From positions 1,378-65,377 of the forward strand of contig JAXEJU010000045.1 of assembly GCA_034101395.1 (NCBI GenBank): a stretch of DNA of 64,000 nt. The letters run 5' to 3'. Numbering within the stretch: position 1 is the first letter of the stretch; the number at the start of each line of letters is the position of its first letter. The notes under the pieces were generated by a model. It had not been told where the DNA came from. It searched no databases and was given only the letters and a program-made list of their open reading frames with translations. Below are positions 19,621 through 29,677 of this stretch, piece by piece. Position numbers and translations under genes: made by a program. The DNA comes from Eubacterium sp. (GTDB lineage: Bacteria > Bacillota > Clostridia > Lachnospirales > Lachnospiraceae).

Positions 19621-20805
19621 ATGGAAAATGGAAGATTTGGTATTCATGGTGGACAGTACATTCCGGAGACACTGATGAATGCAGTAATAGAACTGGAACA
19701 GGCGTATGAAAAATATAAAAATGATCCGGATTTTGTAAAAGAATTTAATGATCTGCTTCATGATTATGTAGGGCGGCCATCCAGACTGTATTATGCCGGT
19801 CATATGACAGAAGATCTGGGTGGTGCCAAAATATACCTGAAAAGAGAGGATTTGAACCATACCGGTTCCCATAAACTGAATAATGCACTGGGACAGGCCC
19901 TTCTTGCCAAACGAATGGGAAAGAAGCGTATTATCGCAGAGACCGGCGCCGGACAGCACGGAGTGGCAACGGCGACGGTGGCAGCGCTTCTTGGCATGGA
20001 GTGCGAGATATACATGGGAAAAGTGGATACAGACAGACAGGCACTGAACGTGTTCCGCATGGAACTTCTCGGGGCGAAAGTACATCCGGTTACGAGCGGA
20101 ACCCAGACATTAAAAGATGCCGTCAATGAAACTCTGCGGGAGTGGACACGAAGAATCGATGATACACATTATGTCATCGGATCTGTCATGGGTCCGCATC
20201 CGTTCCCGATGATTGTGCGAGATTTCCAAAGTGTTATCGGAAAAGAAATAAAGCAACAGATACTCGAAAAAGAGGGCAGACTTCCGGATGCGGTGATTGC
20301 CTGTGTCGGTGGTGGAAGTAATGCGATGGGGGCTTTTTATGATTTTATTCCGGATGAGTCGGTGCAGCTGATTGGTTGTGAAGCGGCAGGGAGAGGGGTA
20401 AATACCGCAGAGACAGCTGCCACGATTGCGACAGGAACACTCGGTGTATTTCATGGTATGAAATCTTATTTCTGTCAGGACGAATATGGCCAGATTGCAC
20501 CGGTATATTCAATCTCTGCCGGGCTTGACTATCCGGGTATCGGGCCGGAACACGCACATCTGTATGACAGTGGACGGGCAAAATACGTTCCGGTCACGGA
20601 TGATGAAGCAGTAGAAGCATTTGAATATCTGAGCCGGATAGAGGGGATTATCCCGGCAATTGAGAGCTCCCATGCTCTTGCTTATGCAAAGAAACTGGCT
20701 CCGTCGATGGGAAAAGACCAGATTATTGTTGTAAATATTTCCGGCCGTGGAGACAAGGATGTAGCGGCGATTGCAAGATACAGGGGGGTTGAAATTTATG
20801 AATAA
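19621..20805 (+). CDS. trpB: Tryptophan synthase beta subunit
   Basis: [27 protein letters not shown]. Confidence 0.98.
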   Translation: MENGRFGIHGGQYIPETLMNAVIELEQAYEKYKNDPDFVKEFNDLLHDYVGRPSRLYYAGHMTEDLGGAKIYLKREDLNHTGSHKLNNALGQALLAKRMGKKRIIAETGAGQHGVATATVAALLGMECEIYMGKVDTDRQALNVFRMELLGAKVHPVTSGTQTLKDAVNETLREWTRRIDDTHYVIGSVMGPHPFPMIVRDFQSVIGKEIKQQILEKEGRLPDAVIACVGGGSNAMGAFYDFIPDESVQLIGCEAAGRGVNTAETAATIATGTLGVFHGMKSYFCQDEYGQIAPVYSISAGLDYPGIGPEHAHLYDSGRAKYVPVTDDEAVEAFEYLSRIEGIIPAIESSHALAYAKKLAPSMGKDQIIVVNISGRGDKDVAAIARYRGVEIYE

Positions 20806-21574
20806 AATAGCAGATGCATTTGCAGATAAAAAAGCATTTATTCCGTTTATTACAGCAGGAGATCCGGATCTGGATACCACAAAAGAAATTATTCTTGCCA
20901 TGCAGGAGGCAGGAGCGGATCTGATTGAAATCGGCATCCCGTTTTCTGATCCGGTAGCAGAGGGTCCGGTTATACAGGAAGCGGATGACAGGGCGCTGGC
21001 TTCCGGCACAACAACGGACAAAATTTTTGATATGGTAAAGTCAATTCAGGACAAGATTCATATTCCGATTGTATTTATGACGTATATTAACCCGATTTAT
21101 GTGTATGGAACAGAAAAATTTGCGAAAAAATCCAAAGAATGCGGGGTGGCAGGAGTCATCGTGCCGGATGTTCCATTTGAGGAAAAGAAGGAAATTCAGG
21201 ATATTTTCGCAAAAGAGAATCTGGTGGTCATTTCCATGATTGCACCTACATCCATGGACCGTGTCCGCATGATTGCAAAAGAGGCAGAGGGATTTGTATA
21301 TTGTGTTTCTTCTCTGGGGGTTACCGGAGTTCGAAGTGAGATTAATACCGGAATTTCTGCTCTGATTGAGCAGGTAAAGCAGGTAAAGGACATACCGTGT
21401 GCAATTGGATTTGGAATATCAACTCCGGAACAGGCGAAGACCATGGCGGCGATATCAGATGGGGTAATTGTCGGAAGTGCGATTGTGAAAATAGTGGCAG
21501 AATACGGCAAAGAGAGCGTGCCATATGTAAAAGAGTATGTGCAGTCGATGGCGGAAGCGGTTCGAAGTGTATAG
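20798..21574 (+). CDS. trpA: Tryptophan synthase alpha subunit
   Basis: [32 protein letters not shown]. Confidence 0.97.
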   Translation: MNKIADAFADKKAFIPFITAGDPDLDTTKEIILAMQEAGADLIEIGIPFSDPVAEGPVIQEADDRALASGTTTDKIFDMVKSIQDKIHIPIVFMTYINPIYVYGTEKFAKKSKECGVAGVIVPDVPFEEKKEIQDIFAKENLVVISMIAPTSMDRVRMIAKEAEGFVYCVSSLGVTGVRSEINTGISALIEQVKQVKDIPCAIGFGISTPEQAKTMAAISDGVIVGSAIVKIVAEYGKESVPYVKEYVQSMAEAVRSV

Positions 21575-21718
21575 TACCATTCCCATTGAAAGCAACGACA
21601 CAAAAAATACACTTTATTTTTATTCTCATTCATGGTATACTTTATTTATAATTGTTGTCTGCATATAAAGATGACAAATTGATTTATTGCCAACAGGCAT
21701 AACAAGGAGGAAATCAAA

Positions 21719-22834
21719 TTGAAAAAGAAGTATACAGCTGTTGCACTTGCTCTTGTTGCAGCAATGGCACTGACAGGATGTTCACTGGATGATGTAAAGG
21801 AGAAATTTATCGGAACCCAGACAGCTACAAATCAGACGGTTACCGGTGGCTCAGTAGAAATTGAGGATTACAGCCCGGAACAGTGTGTTTCTCTTGGTGA
21901 ATATAAAGGGGTAGAAGTGGATTGTACGGTAAGCGACGACGAAGTTCAGAGTGAAATTGATACACTGCTTAATCATAATATCTCATACAAAGAGTTAAAA
22001 AAGGGAACCGCTGCCACAGGAATGGATGTCAATATAGACTATGTTGGAAAAGTTGACGGCAAAAAATTTGATGGTGGTTCTGCTGAGGATCAAATGATCG
22101 AGCTTGGAAATTCCGGATATATTCCTGGATTTGATGATGGAGTGACCGGTATGAAAGTCGGAGAGACGAAGGATCTCAATCTCCAGTTCCCGGACGATTA
22201 TGAAATGGACGCTTCTCTGGCGGGTAAAAAGGTTGTCTTTACCGTTACCCTGAATTATATTGCACAGGAGCAGAGACCGGAATTTAATGATAAATTTGTT
22301 GCAGCAAATACCGATTATAAAACAGTAGATGAATACAGGGAAAAAACGAAAAAGAAATTGGCTGATGATAAGAAAGCAAGTGTGGGAACGACTGCATTTT
22401 CGAAAGTGTTGGAATCCAGTAAAGTGATTGAAATTCCTGCCACTCTGAAAGAAGCTCAGAAACTGCAGATTAAGACTTTTACTGGGAATCAGGTTGCTGC
22501 TTACGGCATGGATCTTGAGACCTATCTATCCCAGATTGGCATGACACAAGAGCAGTATGAGAGCCAGTTGGAAACTTCTGCAGAAGACAATGCACTTATG
22601 CTACTCGTCATTGAGGCAATTGCAGCAAAGGAGAATATCAGCTGTACAGAAGAAGAAAGAAAAGCGGCAATTGAGAAAACTGTGTCAAATGCGGGAATTT
22701 CGGAAGAAGATTACCGTTCCCAGTACAAGAGTTATTATGGAGATGCATTTTCATTTGATGAGTTTATCCGTCAGTCCGTATTGTACGATAAAGTGTTGGA
22801 ACTTATAGAGAAAAATGCGGTGATTAAAGAATAG
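21719..22834 (+). CDS. Trigger-factor-like FKBP PPIase lipoprotein
   Basis: Lipobox ALTG|C; FKBP motifs IDYVGKVDGKKFDGG, YIPGFDDG, LAGKKVVFTV; helical TF C-domain; TTG start after GGAGG. Confidence 0.8.
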   Translation: MKKKYTAVALALVAAMALTGCSLDDVKEKFIGTQTATNQTVTGGSVEIEDYSPEQCVSLGEYKGVEVDCTVSDDEVQSEIDTLLNHNISYKELKKGTAATGMDVNIDYVGKVDGKKFDGGSAEDQMIELGNSGYIPGFDDGVTGMKVGETKDLNLQFPDDYEMDASLAGKKVVFTVTLNYIAQEQRPEFNDKFVAANTDYKTVDEYREKTKKKLADDKKASVGTTAFSKVLESSKVIEIPATLKEAQKLQIKTFTGNQVAAYGMDLETYLSQIGMTQEQYESQLETSAEDNALMLLVIEAIAAKENISCTEEERKAAIEKTVSNAGISEEDYRSQYKSYYGDAFSFDEFIRQSVLYDKVLELIEKNAVIKE

Positions 22835-22858
22835 GGGAACATCAACGGAGGTATATTT

Positions 22859-25363
22859 ATGAAAAGAGCACGCAGCATAGATTCTGAAATTACATTAAAG
22901 AATTATCAGCGCGAGCTTGAGTTATGCCAAAAATCAGGCGGCGATATTGAGAAATATCGTCGCCTTTCTTTCAATGCTTTTCAATTGGAGCAAATTCGTC
23001 TTGGTCTGGAACACGGGATTAATACCGATAGCTATACAGATCCGTCACTTTCGTGGATGGAAATGGAATGCGCCAGAGAAATGGAAGAATCCGGATTTGA
23101 TATGTCTGCTTATCTCGAACAGAAATTTACCTGGCTGCAGTGTGGTGAAATATTAGAGGGCAAGAAAAAAGGACTGGATGTATCCGTTTACGCAAAAAAA
23201 GAATTTCTGGATGACCAGATGAAGGAAATCCGCAAGGGACTTGAGCGGGGAGTGGATGTCTCTTTATATGCGACGCCGTCGTTTGAAGGACTGCAGATGC
23301 GGGAAATCCGCAAGGGACTTGAGAAGGGACTGGATGTCAGCCGGTATGCGACAAGCGACTTTAAATATCTGACAATGAGAGCACTCCGAAAGGGCCTTGA
23401 AAAAGGGTTTGACCTTATTGAGTACGGAAAGGAAGGTTATGGCGGTAAGGAACTGTTCGAACTGATAAGAGGTCTGGAAAATAAAAATCCCGATATCCGT
23501 AATTTTTTTGAAAAGGGATACAAAGCAGAACAGTTGGAACAGATTAATAATGCTTTTGATGCCGGAGTAAATCTTCTGCCATACATATCGATTCAGTTTT
23601 ACGGAGCACAGTTGGAGCAGATCGTAAAAGGCCTGAAAAAGGGACTGGATGTATCGATTTATGCGAAAGAAGCTTACAACTGGTTTCAAATGAGGGAACT
23701 CCGGTTTGGTCTGGAAGATAAAATTGATGTGTCACCATATGCCAATCCGGATTTTACCTATCGTCAGATGGCAGAAATCCGTAAAGGAATCCTTGCCGGA
23801 GTAGATGTCAGTCAATTTGCCAAAATATATTTTGAACCGGAGCAGATGGCTCAGATGTGTCAGGAACTGCAGAATGAAGAGCCAAACCGCAAGGAAGACG
23901 AGCTGGAATTACTGGAAGAAAAATACGGTATTGATGATGCGCTTGTACCTTCTGTGGGAGAGAAAGAAGTTTCGGAAGATGATTCAGAAAATGAAATTCC
24001 GGAAATTGCTGCCCCTGGTGTTGTTATCTCTGAGGACAAAATGAAAGTGTATCTGCATCTTTCGCCTAAAGAAAACGGAGAACAGTATACAATCTTTGAA
24101 GTGACCAAAATGCTTCGTCACCGTGGTGTGAAACAGGGAATTAACAATGAACGGGTCAAAGAAGTGATTGAAAAGAAAATGTATGACCAGGATGTTTTGG
24201 TTGCAGAAGGAAAACCGGCAGTTGACGGACAGGATGGAAAATTCCAGTTCTATTTCCGCCGGGAATTGAAACGAAGACCAAAAGTCCTTGAAAATGGAGC
24301 TGTTGATTATAAGAATATGGATCTTTTTGAAACTGTGAAAAAAGATCAGTTATTAGCAGAATATGAACCTCCGACCCGGGGGGAATTTGGATTTGATATC
24401 ACCGGTCAGTTTCTTTCTCCGAAAAAAGGAAAAGAGCTGCCACCTCTTCATGGAGAAGGCTTTTTCATGAGTGATGACAGAAAACAGTATTTTGCACTGC
24501 TTGATGGAATTGTAGAGTTGGAGAACGATGAAAAGCTTTCGGTCCGCAATATGTTTGTTGTCACAGGAGATGTGGATACCTCAACAGGTAATATTATGTT
24601 TGATGGTGATGTTAATGTAACGGGAAATGTAATTTCCGGATTCCGGGTAGAAGCAACCGGTAATGTGGTAATTGATGGACGATGTGAAGGATGTACGGTG
24701 AAGGCCGGCAAAGACATTTTGATTCGTCTTGGCTGTCAGGGGCAGGGAACCGGCATTCTTGAAGCAGGTGGAACTGTTACCGGCCAGTTTTTTGAATCTG
24801 TCAAAGTTGTTGCCCAAGGTGATGTTGAGGCGAGCTATTTTCTAAACAGTAACGTGTCAACGACAGGTAAACTCAAAGTACAGGGACGCCGTGGAGTTAT
24901 TATCGGCGGATATGTCCGTGCCAAACAGGGAATTGAGTGTTTTGGCGTGGGAAACGTGGCAGAAGTAAAGACTGTTCTGGAAGTGGGTATCGACAAAGAA
25001 GATATGTCAATGTATCAGGAAATTACCAAACATATACATAAGATTAACACCGAAATAGAAACATTGGAAGCAGGTGTTGTAAAACTAATGGCAATTCCGG
25101 AAAAGGATGAGGAGACCACAAATTTCTTTAACCGGTTGACGAAAGCGCTCTATTCCAAAAAAACCGAGAAAAAAGATATGGAGCAGAAGAAGCACGATCT
25201 GATTGAAATGATGGCAAAACAGCGCAGTGCCAGAATTGTTGTAAATGGGATTGTGTATCCGGGAACAAAGTTGTATATTAACACAGAACCTTATCTGGTT
25301 AAAGAAGAATGCCGGAATGTCCAGTTTGTAAAACAGGAGACTGGGATTGTCATAGATAAGTAG
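22859..25363 (+). CDS. FapA/DUF342 family protein with N-terminal 26-aa repeats
   Basis: VAEGKPAVDGQDG, GAVDYK, GDVDTSTGNIMFDGDVNV, GIVYPG; about 11 repeats in the N-terminal 340 aa. Confidence 0.85.
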   Translation: MKRARSIDSEITLKNYQRELELCQKSGGDIEKYRRLSFNAFQLEQIRLGLEHGINTDSYTDPSLSWMEMECAREMEESGFDMSAYLEQKFTWLQCGEILEGKKKGLDVSVYAKKEFLDDQMKEIRKGLERGVDVSLYATPSFEGLQMREIRKGLEKGLDVSRYATSDFKYLTMRALRKGLEKGFDLIEYGKEGYGGKELFELIRGLENKNPDIRNFFEKGYKAEQLEQINNAFDAGVNLLPYISIQFYGAQLEQIVKGLKKGLDVSIYAKEAYNWFQMRELRFGLEDKIDVSPYANPDFTYRQMAEIRKGILAGVDVSQFAKIYFEPEQMAQMCQELQNEEPNRKEDELELLEEKYGIDDALVPSVGEKEVSEDDSENEIPEIAAPGVVISEDKMKVYLHLSPKENGEQYTIFEVTKMLRHRGVKQGINNERVKEVIEKKMYDQDVLVAEGKPAVDGQDGKFQFYFRRELKRRPKVLENGAVDYKNMDLFETVKKDQLLAEYEPPTRGEFGFDITGQFLSPKKGKELPPLHGEGFFMSDDRKQYFALLDGIVELENDEKLSVRNMFVVTGDVDTSTGNIMFDGDVNVTGNVISGFRVEATGNVVIDGRCEGCTVKAGKDILIRLGCQGQGTGILEAGGTVTGQFFESVKVVAQGDVEASYFLNSNVSTTGKLKVQGRRGVIIGGYVRAKQGIECFGVGNVAEVKTVLEVGIDKEDMSMYQEITKHIHKINTEIETLEAGVVKLMAIPEKDEETTNFFNRLTKALYSKKTEKKDMEQKKHDLIEMMAKQRSARIVVNGIVYPGTKLYINTEPYLVKEECRNVQFVKQETGIVIDK

Positions 25364-25376
25364 AGGAGGACGGCCG

Positions 25377-26012
25377 ATGCAGGAAGAAAATAAATGTTTA
25401 ATGGAATATTTTGGCTCTGTTTTTGAATCGGGCGATTTGACTTCAGATGGGCACTGCCGTCGCGTGCGTCTGTGTTCGGAACTGATTTTAGACAGATTTA
25501 TCCAGTTTTTTCCGGAGTATGGTCTGACAAAAAAAGATCGGGAAGAAATTTCCTTTGCCGCCGTAGTTCATGATGTAGGCAAAGTGGCGGTGCCGGACTG
25601 GATTTTGCAAAAACCGGGCCGTCTGAGCTTTGAAGAGTTTGAAATTGTCAAAAATCATACCCGAAAGGGTAAGAAGATGTTTGAGCAGATTATGTCTTCC
25701 GTGAAATCGGACAGTGAGAGTTATGACCTGTATTTATGTTGTGCCAAGGTCTGTATGAGCCATCATGAGCGTTATGATGGAGAGGGATATCCGGAAGGAT
25801 TAAAGGGCGATGCAATTCCTATAGCTGCTCAGATCGTTGGTCTGGCAGATGCCTATGATGTACTGGTAAGTGAGAGAATATACAAATCTGCTTACAGTAA
25901 AGAGGAGGCATTTGATATGATTCTGGAGGGAGAATGCGGTGTGTTTTCACCTAAATTGTTACAAATTTTCCAGATGTGTCGAATGGAAGTGGAAAATATC
26001 TACGAATCATAA
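25377..26012 (+). CDS. Stand-alone HD-GYP domain phosphodiesterase
   Basis: HDVGK, HT..G, HHERYDGEGYP, ADAYD, RIYK. Confidence 0.9.
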   Translation: MQEENKCLMEYFGSVFESGDLTSDGHCRRVRLCSELILDRFIQFFPEYGLTKKDREEISFAAVVHDVGKVAVPDWILQKPGRLSFEEFEIVKNHTRKGKKMFEQIMSSVKSDSESYDLYLCCAKVCMSHHERYDGEGYPEGLKGDAIPIAAQIVGLADAYDVLVSERIYKSAYSKEEAFDMILEGECGVFSPKLLQIFQMCRMEVENIYES

Positions 26013-26020
26013 AGAAAAGT

Positions 26021-26048
26021 TCTAAATAAAATCCACCTTGCATATATT
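26021..26048 (+). promoter_or_regulatory. SigE-type promoter for spoIVA
   Basis: TCTAAA-N14-CATATATT; spoIVA is a canonical SigE target. Confidence 0.6.
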
Positions 26049-26103
26049 CTAGCAGTATGGTAGATGCACCCGTGTGTCGGCCAAAGCAAGGGGGATTTTT
26101 TTT

Positions 26104-27579
26104 ATGGACAAATATAATGTATACCAGGATATGAACAGGCGCACCGGGGGAGAAATTTATCTGGGCGTTGTGGGACCGGTAAGAACCGGTAAATCAACTT
26201 TTATCAAACGTTTTATGGAATTGGTTGTTTTACCGGAAATTACAGATGAAAATGCAAAAGTGCGCACAATTGATGAACTTCCCCAGTCTGCGACCGGACG
26301 GACGATTATGACGACAGAACCAAAGTTCGTACCAAAGGAAGGTGCAGTCATTCATTTTCCGAATCAGGAAACAGGACGTATCCGGCTGATTGACTGCGTG
26401 GGATTTTTGGTGCCGGAGGCGTCCGGACATGAAGAGAACGAGAAAGAACGAATGGTAAAAACACCATGGTTTGACGAGGAAATTCCATTTTCCAAAGCGG
26501 CAGCTATCGGTACGGATAAGGTAATCTCGGAACATGCCAACATCGGTATCGTGATAACTACAGATGGTTCATTTGGAGATATTCCGGCAGATAATTTTAA
26601 AGGAGCAGAGGAAAAAACAATTCTGGCGTGTAAAAAGGCTGGAAAGCCTTTTATTATTTTGCTGAATACAGCAAAGCCACAGGCAGAGGAAACTAAAGAG
26701 CGCTTAAAGCAGATGGAAGAGCAGTATGGAAAACCGGTGATGGCGGTTAACAGCAAAGAAATGAGCAGGGAGGATATCTTTACCATTATGGAACATATAT
26801 TGTCTGATTTTCCGATTACACGCCTGAATTTTATTATGCCAAAATGGGTCGAGTTTCTGGAACTTGACAATTGGTTAAAAGCTGATCTGGTGGAACAGTG
26901 CCGGGGAATCATCAGCAGGGTCAGACGCATGGAGGATGTGACACAGGAAAATATCAATATTCAGGCACCGTATATCAAAGAAATTTATATTCGTGATAAA
27001 CAGTTGGAAAACGGTGTGGTAAATCTTACACTGGATTTTGAGGAAAGCTATTATTATGAAATATTGAGTGAAATGGTCGGCACAACGATAGAAGGAGAGT
27101 TTGATCTGATTGCTACCTTGAAAGAACTGGCAGGGAGGAAAAAAGAATACGAAGCACTTGCGACTGCCTGTGAGCAGGTAAAAGGCAGAGGATACGGAAT
27201 TATGCCACCGGCGGAAGAAGAAATCCGGATTGCAGAACCGGAGCTAATCCGGCACGGGAATAAGTTCGGGGTAAAAATTAAAGCGAGCTGTCCGTCCCTT
27301 CACCTGATTCAGGCGAATATTGAAACCGAGATTGCACCAATTGTGGGAAGTGAAGAGCAGGCAAAAGACCTGATTGACTACATTGGACAGAATGGAAGAG
27401 AAAATCCGGATGGTATTTTTGATACGAATATTTTTGGAAAAACAATTCGCCAGCTTGTGGATGAAGGAATAAATTCCAAAGTAAATCGTCTGACGGAGGA
27501 GAGCCAGGTAAAACTGCAGGATACCATTCAGAAAGTAGTGAACGATTCCAATGGAGGACTTGTGTGTATTATAATATAA
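26104..27579 (+). CDS. spoIVA: Stage IV sporulation protein A
   Basis: GVVGPVRTGKSTFIKRFM, TTEPKF, IDCVG, C-terminal GGLVCIII. Confidence 0.98.
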   Translation: MDKYNVYQDMNRRTGGEIYLGVVGPVRTGKSTFIKRFMELVVLPEITDENAKVRTIDELPQSATGRTIMTTEPKFVPKEGAVIHFPNQETGRIRLIDCVGFLVPEASGHEENEKERMVKTPWFDEEIPFSKAAAIGTDKVISEHANIGIVITTDGSFGDIPADNFKGAEEKTILACKKAGKPFIILLNTAKPQAEETKERLKQMEEQYGKPVMAVNSKEMSREDIFTIMEHILSDFPITRLNFIMPKWVEFLELDNWLKADLVEQCRGIISRVRRMEDVTQENINIQAPYIKEIYIRDKQLENGVVNLTLDFEESYYYEILSEMVGTTIEGEFDLIATLKELAGRKKEYEALATACEQVKGRGYGIMPPAEEEIRIAEPELIRHGNKFGVKIKASCPSLHLIQANIETEIAPIVGSEEQAKDLIDYIGQNGRENPDGIFDTNIFGKTIRQLVDEGINSKVNRLTEESQVKLQDTIQKVVNDSNGGLVCIII

Positions 27580-27611
27580 AAACGATATCTGCCGGAAATG
27601 AATGATTTTTG

Positions 27612-27687
27612 TTGACAAGATAGAAATGTGTTGTTATAATTTAATAAATGTAACATTTCTGTAACAAACATGTATTATGTTTGTAAT
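27612..27687 (+). promoter_or_regulatory. SigA promoter followed by four WalR-like direct repeats
   Basis: TTGACA-N17-TATAAT (27612-27640); TGTAAC, TGTAAC, TGTATT, TGTAAT at 27649, 27660, 27671, 27682. Confidence 0.7.
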
Positions 27688-27711
27688 CATTTTCGGGAGA
27701 TGGATTAGCTT

Positions 27712-28944
27712 ATGATAAACAAATGGAAAAAAACAGGTGCAATCGCACTGGCATGTGCACTGGTTCTTGGTGTTGTGATTCCGGGCCGTGCTGCTGTTGT
27801 TGCGACGGAAGAACAGGTAGAAGGTGCAAATGTTGTCATTGACCAGTACTGTATAAAAGTTGCTGCGGGAACTGTTGTTGCCGAGAGTTTCGAAGCTTTG
27901 GCGGGAACAGGAAGCGCCGTTGTGGCAGAGCCGGAGGAACCGGTCAAAACAGAAGAACCAAAAAAATCTGAGGCGGAAGCAGCCAAAGAAGGACATGTCG
28001 AGCTGAATCTGAATTACAGCCGTCTGGGAATTGCCAATAAAGTAGATACTTATTTGAATGTGCGCAATAAGCCATCGAAAAAGGGAAAAATTGTCGGTAA
28101 GATGACAAAAAATGCCGGTTGCCACATTTATTCCGTCAAAAATGGCTGGGCAAAAATCGTGTCTGGTGATGTGAGAGGATATGTAAAGGCATCGTATTTG
28201 ACGATGGATAAGGAAGCTGAGGAACTGGCGACTAAGGTTGGACGTGAATGTGTGGAAATCCAGACGGATTCTCTTCGTGTGCGTGCGCTTCCGACAACCG
28301 ATGCACCGATTTATTCGGTTGTATCAAAGGGCGAAGAATTCCGAATCAAGAAATCAAATCTTACGCTTGATTATGTAAAAAGTATTGTAAAGACAGAAAA
28401 GATATCCAAAGAGGCGATTGAACGCGCCGGCGGATATGAAAAGATAGAGGCATGCATGGGTGACTTTGTATGCATCAGTGTAGACGATGAATCTGCTTTT
28501 GTGGCAAAAGAATATGTAAAAGAACAGTATTCACTGAAGCGTGCAGTAAAAGTAAAGACCGTCCATTCCAGCAAAAAGAGCGGAGTTTCAAGTGGTCAGG
28601 CTTCGATTGTGGAATACGCCAAAAAGTTTCTTGGGAATCCATATGTATGGGGCGGTTCCAGTCTGACAGGCGGTACGGATTGTTCCGGATTTACGATGAG
28701 CCTGTACGCAAAATACGGATATTCCCTGCCTCATAATGCAGCGGCACAGGCAGGTGTGACCCGGAGTGTCAGTTCACCAAAACCGGGAGATTTGTTCTTC
28801 TACAGTAATGGAAGCCGTATTAACCACGTGGCGATGTATATTGGAGGCGGTATGGTGATTCATGCCAGCAATCCGACAGACGGTATCAAAATTTCTACCG
28901 CATATTATCGTCATCCGGTAAAAATCGGGCGTGTTATGAATTAA
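27712..28944 (+). CDS. Secreted SH3b-NlpC/P60 (C40) peptidoglycan endopeptidase
   Basis: Signal peptide; SH3b LNVRNKPS and LRVRALP; PYVWGG, DCSGF, HVAMY, HAS. Confidence 0.92.
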   Translation: MINKWKKTGAIALACALVLGVVIPGRAAVVATEEQVEGANVVIDQYCIKVAAGTVVAESFEALAGTGSAVVAEPEEPVKTEEPKKSEAEAAKEGHVELNLNYSRLGIANKVDTYLNVRNKPSKKGKIVGKMTKNAGCHIYSVKNGWAKIVSGDVRGYVKASYLTMDKEAEELATKVGRECVEIQTDSLRVRALPTTDAPIYSVVSKGEEFRIKKSNLTLDYVKSIVKTEKISKEAIERAGGYEKIEACMGDFVCISVDDESAFVAKEYVKEQYSLKRAVKVKTVHSSKKSGVSSGQASIVEYAKKFLGNPYVWGGSSLTGGTDCSGFTMSLYAKYGYSLPHNAAAQAGVTRSVSSPKPGDLFFYSNGSRINHVAMYIGGGMVIHASNPTDGIKISTAYYRHPVKIGRVMN

Positions 28945-28951
28945 CGTTCTG

Positions 28952-28981
28952 GTATAATTTTCAAAAAAACTGCTCATACTG
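28952..28981 (+). promoter_or_regulatory. Forespore SigG/SigF-type promoter
   Basis: GTATA-N18-CATACTG ahead of the BofC-like gene. Confidence 0.5.
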
Positions 28982-29007
28982 TATACAAACGTTTTGGGAG
29001 GTTTATT

Positions 29008-29616
29008 ATGAAACGCAGGTATATGGTTATCAGCAGTTTTTTTGTTGCCGTTTTTTTACTGGGAGTATTTTGCTATGCAAGTTCGTCCTATTCCGGTACT
29101 ATCAGTGGCAAAGAGGCAGACAGTATCAGACAGGGCGTTCTTATTTCGCAGATGGTATCGAACGCTAACCAGAAGATAACAAGCGATACAAAATATATTG
29201 TAGAGGTTTATAACGCGGATACCGAGGAATTTGTTCGTGAGGAGAGAGCAATGCCGGCAGAGTTCGCGGGTATGACAAGAACAGAGCTGGAGGAATATCT
29301 CAAACAGTACAAAAAGGAGATGGAGGAAGAAGAAGCAGAGGAAGGACTTGAGAGTATACAGCTTGAAAGTTTTTCTAAAGAGGAACTCATCCTTAAGAAA
29401 ACATACCGTGAACCGGAGGAAGAGACGGGCTTTTATCTCCGCTTTACAGAAGATGGAGAAGTAGGAGTTTATAAACGAGATGGAAAAACATTATATGAAA
29501 AAACCGGTATAAAAAAAGAGCGGATTCCGGTAGAAGAAGTGCGGAGACTGGAAAACGGATATGTGGTAGAAAATGAAAAAGAGCTGTATTCCATTCTTGA
29601 AAATTTCTCCAGTTAG
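29008..29616 (+). CDS. BofC C-terminal-domain-like secreted protein
   Basis: Signal/TM segment; GEVGVY...LYEKTGI...LENG...ELYSILENFSS. Confidence 0.7.
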   Translation: MKRRYMVISSFFVAVFLLGVFCYASSSYSGTISGKEADSIRQGVLISQMVSNANQKITSDTKYIVEVYNADTEEFVREERAMPAEFAGMTRTELEEYLKQYKKEMEEEEAEEGLESIQLESFSKEELILKKTYREPEEETGFYLRFTEDGEVGVYKRDGKTLYEKTGIKKERIPVEEVRRLENGYVVENEKELYSILENFSS

Positions 29617-29677
29617 GTTATACTGTATGTATTGGGAAAATGAGAGAAACAGAAGGCAAGTGTGAAATGAGGGCAAT

